Below, in pieces: positions 58,785-64,000 of a DNA stretch of 64,000 bases. The translations under genes were made by a program, and so were the position numbers. Below the pieces are notes generated by a model that saw only the letters and a program-made list of their open reading frames with translations, was not told the origin of the DNA and did not search any database. This DNA comes from Cetorhinus maximus. Taxonomy: Eukaryota. The first letter of the stretch is position 1. Every line of letters starts with the position of its first letter. The stretch is taken from the NCBI RefSeq assembly GCF_964194155.1, contig NC_135888.1, positions 112,592,001-112,656,000 on the forward strand. Direction: 5' to 3'.

Positions 58785-61700
58785 CATTATGTATTCGCTA
58801 GTGTGCATAATATCTTGTGTAGCATAGTTATCTTAGAGCAATGCAGAGATGACACCAGTTCTAAATTTACAAGTTTATTTATAGTACTTCAAAATATCTG
58901 CACTTACAGGATTTCTACACACATGCTCTCAGCCCAGATCCAGGTCTGTTTTGAGAACCTTCTGTATGGAGTCAGTTATTTAACTCTCTAGCTCCATCCA
59001 CAGGCTTAAGCAATCAAGCAACATGAACATTGATCGATGAATAGACTAACACAATCAAACACAGATCAATTAAACTATTGAACACCACATCTTTTCCCTC
59101 TTTTCCTTAAAGACATTATTTTAAATTAAATCATCCTAAACATATATAGACAAAGTAATTTCTTAGCATTCAACTTGTCTGTAATTTCTAAGTACACAAA
59201 TAGTCTTTGAGATACAAAGGTTTCTTAGGTCTGCAATTAGATCTACAATTTTGAGGTTATATGATAGTAGCACCACTAAGCTTGTCAGTTTGCATGACCC
59301 TGCGAGATACTCTAACTCAAAGTTGTATTGATGAAGATGATCTGACCATCTGTAGATGCATAGAGGTCAATGACCAGATCTTGAGGTAGCTAACAATGTA
59401 GCGCTGGGTGATCAGTGCAGAGAGTGAACTTCCTACCATAGACATACATGGACCATTGTTCACATGTGTAGATACGGGCTAGTGCTTCTTGCTCACCAGT
59501 ACAGAATTTGTATTCAGTTTGTGATAACAGGCATGACGTGTAAATGATTAGTCGCTCACTTCTTTCAATGTAACGTGAGCATACAGCTCCAGTTGCTCCA
59601 GTTCCCAATGCATCTGTTGTGACATACGTATATACATCTTGACTGAAATGTGTGAGGACTGGCGGAGGTGCTATCTTCACCTTTAACATTTCGAACGCTA
59701 TTTGCTACACCATTGTCCATTCCCATTGTGCATCTTTGCACAGTAGCTTCCGAAGGGGCTCCATGATCTCTGCATCCTTAGGAACTAAGTTGTGATAAAA
59801 GGTTGGTAGTACCAAGGAACGATGCCAACTGTTTCACATTAGATGCTGTTGGAAGCGCATGAATGGCTGCAACATTGTTGTGTGTAGACTTTACTCCAGC
59901 TGCTGTCACTCTGTACCCTAGAAAGTCAATCTTGGTGTCACAAATGTGCATCTGTCCTTGTTGAGCGTCAAATTATGTTATGCAAGATGAGCGAGTACTG
60001 CTGATAATCGCTGATCATGTTCTGCTTTGTCCCTTATATGGACAACAGCATTATCAAGTAGGTTGAGCATCCTCTCAACATTTGACAAGACTGAAGAAAC
60101 AATCTTCTGGAGTGAGCCAGGTATTGAACTTAGTCCATAGGGCATTCTGTATTGAAACACACCTTCATGAGTAACAAAAGCTGTAAGATATGGAGTGCAG
60201 GCACAATGGGCTAAATGGCCTCTTTCTGTGCCATAACTTTTCTATAGCTCTATAGGGACTTTGCTCTTCTTGAGGTATCAGAAGATAGCTCCATTGCATA
60301 TTGAGCTTTATGAATACTGTGGAATCGTGAAATGATGCTGACAGTTCTTCGATTGTAGGAAAATGTGGAATGATTGCTTTGTCAACCGTTTTAGAGTCAA
60401 CGTGTAATCTAAGTTCTCCATTTTCTCATCATGCAATGACTAGATTTGACATCCACAACAATGAATTGATTCACATAATGATGCTCTTCTAGTTATTTGA
60501 GCTCCTGTGACACTTCGGTACCGATTGAAAATGCCAACAGTCTAAAATTTTGTGAAATTGGTAGAATTAATGTATCAACTGCCCTTGACATCAAGGTAAC
60601 ATTTGACTGAGTGCGGCATCAAGGAGCCCTAGCAAAACTGGAGTCAATGGGAATCAGGGGAAAACTCTCCGCTGGTTGGAGTCATACCTAGCACAAAGAA
60701 AGATGGTTGTGGTTGTTGAAAGTCAGTCACCTCAGCTCCATATGGACTAGCTATATAAATACTGTGGCTACAAGAGCAGGTTAGAGGCTAGGAGTCGTGC
60801 GATAAGTAACTCACCTCCTGACTCCCCAAAGCCTGTCCACCATCTACAAGGCACAAGTCAGGAGTGTGATGGAATACTCCCCACTTGCCAGGATAAGTAC
60901 AGCTCCTACAACACTGAAGAAGCTGGACACCGTCCAGGACAAAGCAGTCTGCTCGATTGACACCACATCCACAAACTTTCATTCCCTCCACCACCAACGC
61001 AAAGTAGCAGCAGTAAGTACCATCTACAAGATGCACTGCAGGAATTCACCAAGGCTCGTTAGACAGCACCTTCCAAACCCACGACTACCACCACCTAGAG
61101 GGACAAGGGCAGCAGATAGATGGGCACACCACCACCTGGAGGTTCTCCACCCCCCCAAATCACTCACCATCCTGACTTGGAAATATATCGCTGTTCCTTC
61201 ACTGTTGCTGGATCAAAATCCTGGAACTCACTTCCTAACAGCATTGTGGGTGTACCTACACCACATGGACTCCAGAGGTTCAAGCAAGCAGCTCACCACC
61301 ACCTTCTCAAGGGCAACTAGGGATGGGCAATAAATGCCGGCCCAGCCAGCAAAGCCCACATCCCGTGAATGAATTTTTAAAAAATGTGAGGAGCATGACA
61401 GTACACCTTGACTGCCCCAAAGCCAGTAAATAAGGAAATATAATGGCATGTATAGTCTGTGTCATCAGTCACATTAATGTTTGCTCTGGTGGTGAGTCAA
61501 GTTTGAATCCAAGCCTATCAAAAAGGTTTACCCCCATAAGACTTCTGCCTTTACTACATAAAAAGTGAACCTGTGTATGGTGACTTTTTGTCGTGGACTA
61601 GAACTGTGATTGTTCCCTAAACCAGAATGATAGAGTCGTTATAAGCTTGAAGAGTGTCTGTCACAGGTGTGAGAGAGAATTGAGTAAAATATCAATGATA

Positions 61701-62998
61701 GAGTTTGTCACTCAAAAGAGATGCTTTCGTGCCAACATTGATGAGAAGTGAAACTGAGATGCCCACAATTTCAACTGAGCACTCCTTAAAGTGGCCTGGT
61801 GTTTTACCTCTAGTGATGCTATATACATGTTGTGCCTCTCAGGAAGAACTCCTCAGCTTGTTGAATGATGAAGTCTCCTTCTTGGATGACCGGCACACCT
61901 TTGCAAAATGGTTCCACTTTAAGCATGAGTTGCATTTTTTCCTTCATGCTGGACATGGCATTGTGACTCAATGAGTATTTCCACAATTTGAACACAGTTT
62001 TGAAGGTATCTGACCATGATGGGGCGCATGTTGATGAAGTTGCTGAGGTATCCTTGTCTGTAACCCCTGCACTTGAGCTGGCTGGGCAAGCTATGTCTGC
62101 AACCCTGAGTCTAAGGGTGCATTGCTGCATAACCTCTTCATATCTAACATGGCAGATTTGATTTGGACTGACAAGTTTGTGGCTTTCTCCAAGGTTAAAT
62201 CATCGCCCTCCATGAGGATATGTTCCCTAATTCATGGAATTGAAGTCTTTTCAATTAGTTGATCACTAATTAGTTCATTGGTTAGTGTGTCAAGTTTACA
62301 TGTGGAAGCCAATTGCTGCAACGCTGCCACATATTGTTTAATGTGCTCACCATTTTCCTGGGATCTCTGATGGAATGTATATCGTTCAATCATCACACTT
62401 TTCTTTGACCTGAAGTATTTTTTGAGAGCACGTACCACCGTATCAAATGTAGACGTATCTTCTGTAAGTTGCTTGAATATTCGCTGGCCTTTTGCTCTGA
62501 GACAATGTACAAATATTGCCTTCTTACAGATAGCTGCTACATCTGGGCTCTCCATCTCAATAGTGAGAAAGTAGGTCTTTACGTCTTGAACCTAAAATCC
62601 AGGTCATGGCATGGGAGGATCCCCCGGCGATGAAAGAAATGCTTCTAGAGCTGGTAAAGTTAAACTTTTCTCAACCAACCTCGTTGTCAATTTGTTACAT
62701 TTATGTCAGTTTGCTGTATAGCTTATATATCAGATTTATCCCAGAGCAATGCAGAATGACACTCACTCTAAATCCACAATAAGTTTATTTACAGTACTTT
62801 AAAATATCTTCACTCACAGGATTCCTTCATGCATGGTCTCAGCCCAGATCTGTGCCTGTTTCTGAAACCTTTTGCATGGAGTCGGTTATTAACCATCTAG
62901 CTCCACCCACTGGCTTAGGCACTCAAGCACACTTAACATAATTCAGTGAACAAGCTAACACAGTCAAACACAGATCGATTAAACAATTGTACACAACA
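58785..62998 (-). mobile_element. Decayed Gypsy (Mag-like) LTR retrotransposon; LTRs 62693-62998 and 58785-59089
   Basis: 5-bp TSD CACCC, PBS-like TGACAACGAGG, PPT AAGGAAAAGAGGGAAAAGA. Gag (ERYTFHQRSQENGE, CPA..KCNSCLKWNHFAKVC), RT (FQYRMPYGLSSIP, LLDN), RNase H (VTTDA..E.EALA..TDH). Confidence 0.88.
60578..61385 (+). mobile_element. Internally deleted 3' part of the 51503-type LINE inserted in the Gypsy pol
   Basis: TALDIK..HQGALAKLESMGI..WLESYL, MEYSPLA..LDTVQDKA, FKQAAHHHLLKGN* and the GGGATGGGCAATAAATGC tail. Confidence 0.88.
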
Positions 62999-63436
62999 CA
63001 CCCACAGTGCTGTTAGGAAGGGAGTTCCAGGATTTTGACCAAGAAACAGTGAAGGAACAACAATGTAGTTCCAAGTCAGGATGGTGTGTGACTTGAAGTG
63101 GAACTTACAGAAGGTGATGTTCCCATGCATCTGCTGCCCTTATCCTTCTTGCTGATAGATGTTGAGGGTTTGTCAAATGAGCCTTGGTGCGGTGCTGCAG
63201 TACACTGTGTATATGGTGCACACTGCTGCCACTGTGCGTTGATGATGGAGGAAGTGAATGTTTAAGATGGTGGATGGGGTACCGGTCAAGTAGGCTGGTT
63301 TGTCCTGGATGGTGTTGAGCTGCTTGAGTGTTTTTGGAGCAGCACTCACCCAGGCAAGTGGGGAGCATTCTACCACGCCCCTGACTTGTGGCTTGTAGAT
63401 GGTGGACAGGCTTCAGGAGTCAGGAATTGAGTTACT

Positions 63437-64000
63437 CAAGAAAAGGGAAGCATTCGTAAGGGCTAGAAGGCTGGGAACAGATGAAGCCTGTGGAGAATAT
63501 AAACAAAGTAGGAAGAAATTTAAGCAAGGAGTCAGGAGGGCTAAAATGGGTCATGAAAAGTCACTGGCAACCAGGATTAAGGAAAATCCAAAGGCCTTTT
63601 ATACATATGTAAAAAGCAAGGGGGTAGCCAGGGAAAGGGTAGGCCCACTCAGGGACAGAGGTGGGAATCTGTGTGTGGAGCCAGAAGAAATGGGAGAGAT
63701 ACTAAATGAATACTTCTCATCAGTATTCACCAAAGAGAAGGACTTAGAGGTCGATTTGTCTAGGGAAGAGTGTGTAGATAGCCTGGATCATGTTGAGATC
63801 AAAAAAGAGGAGGTGTTAGGTGTCTTGAAGAATATTAAGGTGGATAAGTCCCCAGGGCCAGATGGGATCTACCCCAGAGTACTGAGGGAGGCAAGGAAGG
63901 AGATTGCTGGGGCCTTGACAGAAATCTTTGAATCCTCATTGGCTATGGGTGAGGTCCCAAAGGACTGACGAATGGCCAATGTTGTTCCATTGTTTAAGAA
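63437..64000 (+). mobile_element. CR1 ORF2 fragment running off the window; same subfamily as 38206-38770
   Basis: Near-identical by eye to 38206-38770; KSPGPDGIYPRVL. Confidence 0.92.

Larger units (their letters stand above)
58665..63436 (-). mobile_element. 3' fragment of the 51503-type LINE, split by the Gypsy element (58665-58784 + 62999-63436)
   Basis: GTGTAGATACACCC|ACAGTGCTGTTAGGAAGGG is continuous across the insertion, as at 51610-51650. Confidence 0.8.

Noticed and set aside
1-64000. Remaining short ORFs of the six-frame track
   Set aside because: They are antisense or off-frame readings of repeats, or chance 60-120-aa frames, many with non-ATG starts.

Overview
This is vertebrate genomic DNA, almost certainly from a cartilaginous fish (shark-type CR1, Penelope, Deu-type SINE and Harbinger repeats). 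Most of it is intron of a minus-strand SORBS-family gene (sorbin/SH3 adaptor). Four well-supported, phase-compatible coding exons lie at 20412-20521, 17137-17428, 16374-16543 and 1590-1662, with a likely 24-nt microexon at 22547-22570 and several weaker upstream candidates. The gene keeps SORBS2-like motifs but has a degenerate SoHo region. The rest is densely nested, mostly decayed transposable elements. Most notable observations: (1) a single-ORF EN-RT LINE that starts with a tRNA-derived Pol III head, with local SINEs that look like its internal-deletion derivatives; (2) a possibly divergent SORBS paralog; (3) a fossil intronless ORF with LamG-like motifs, reassembled by removing two insertions; (4) a Harbinger-type MITE family carrying five internal hairpins; (5) hammerhead-ribozyme cores in Penelope ends. 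All alignments were done by eye. Family and gene comparisons rely on recalled sequences. Repeat boundaries without a stated TSD are approximate.
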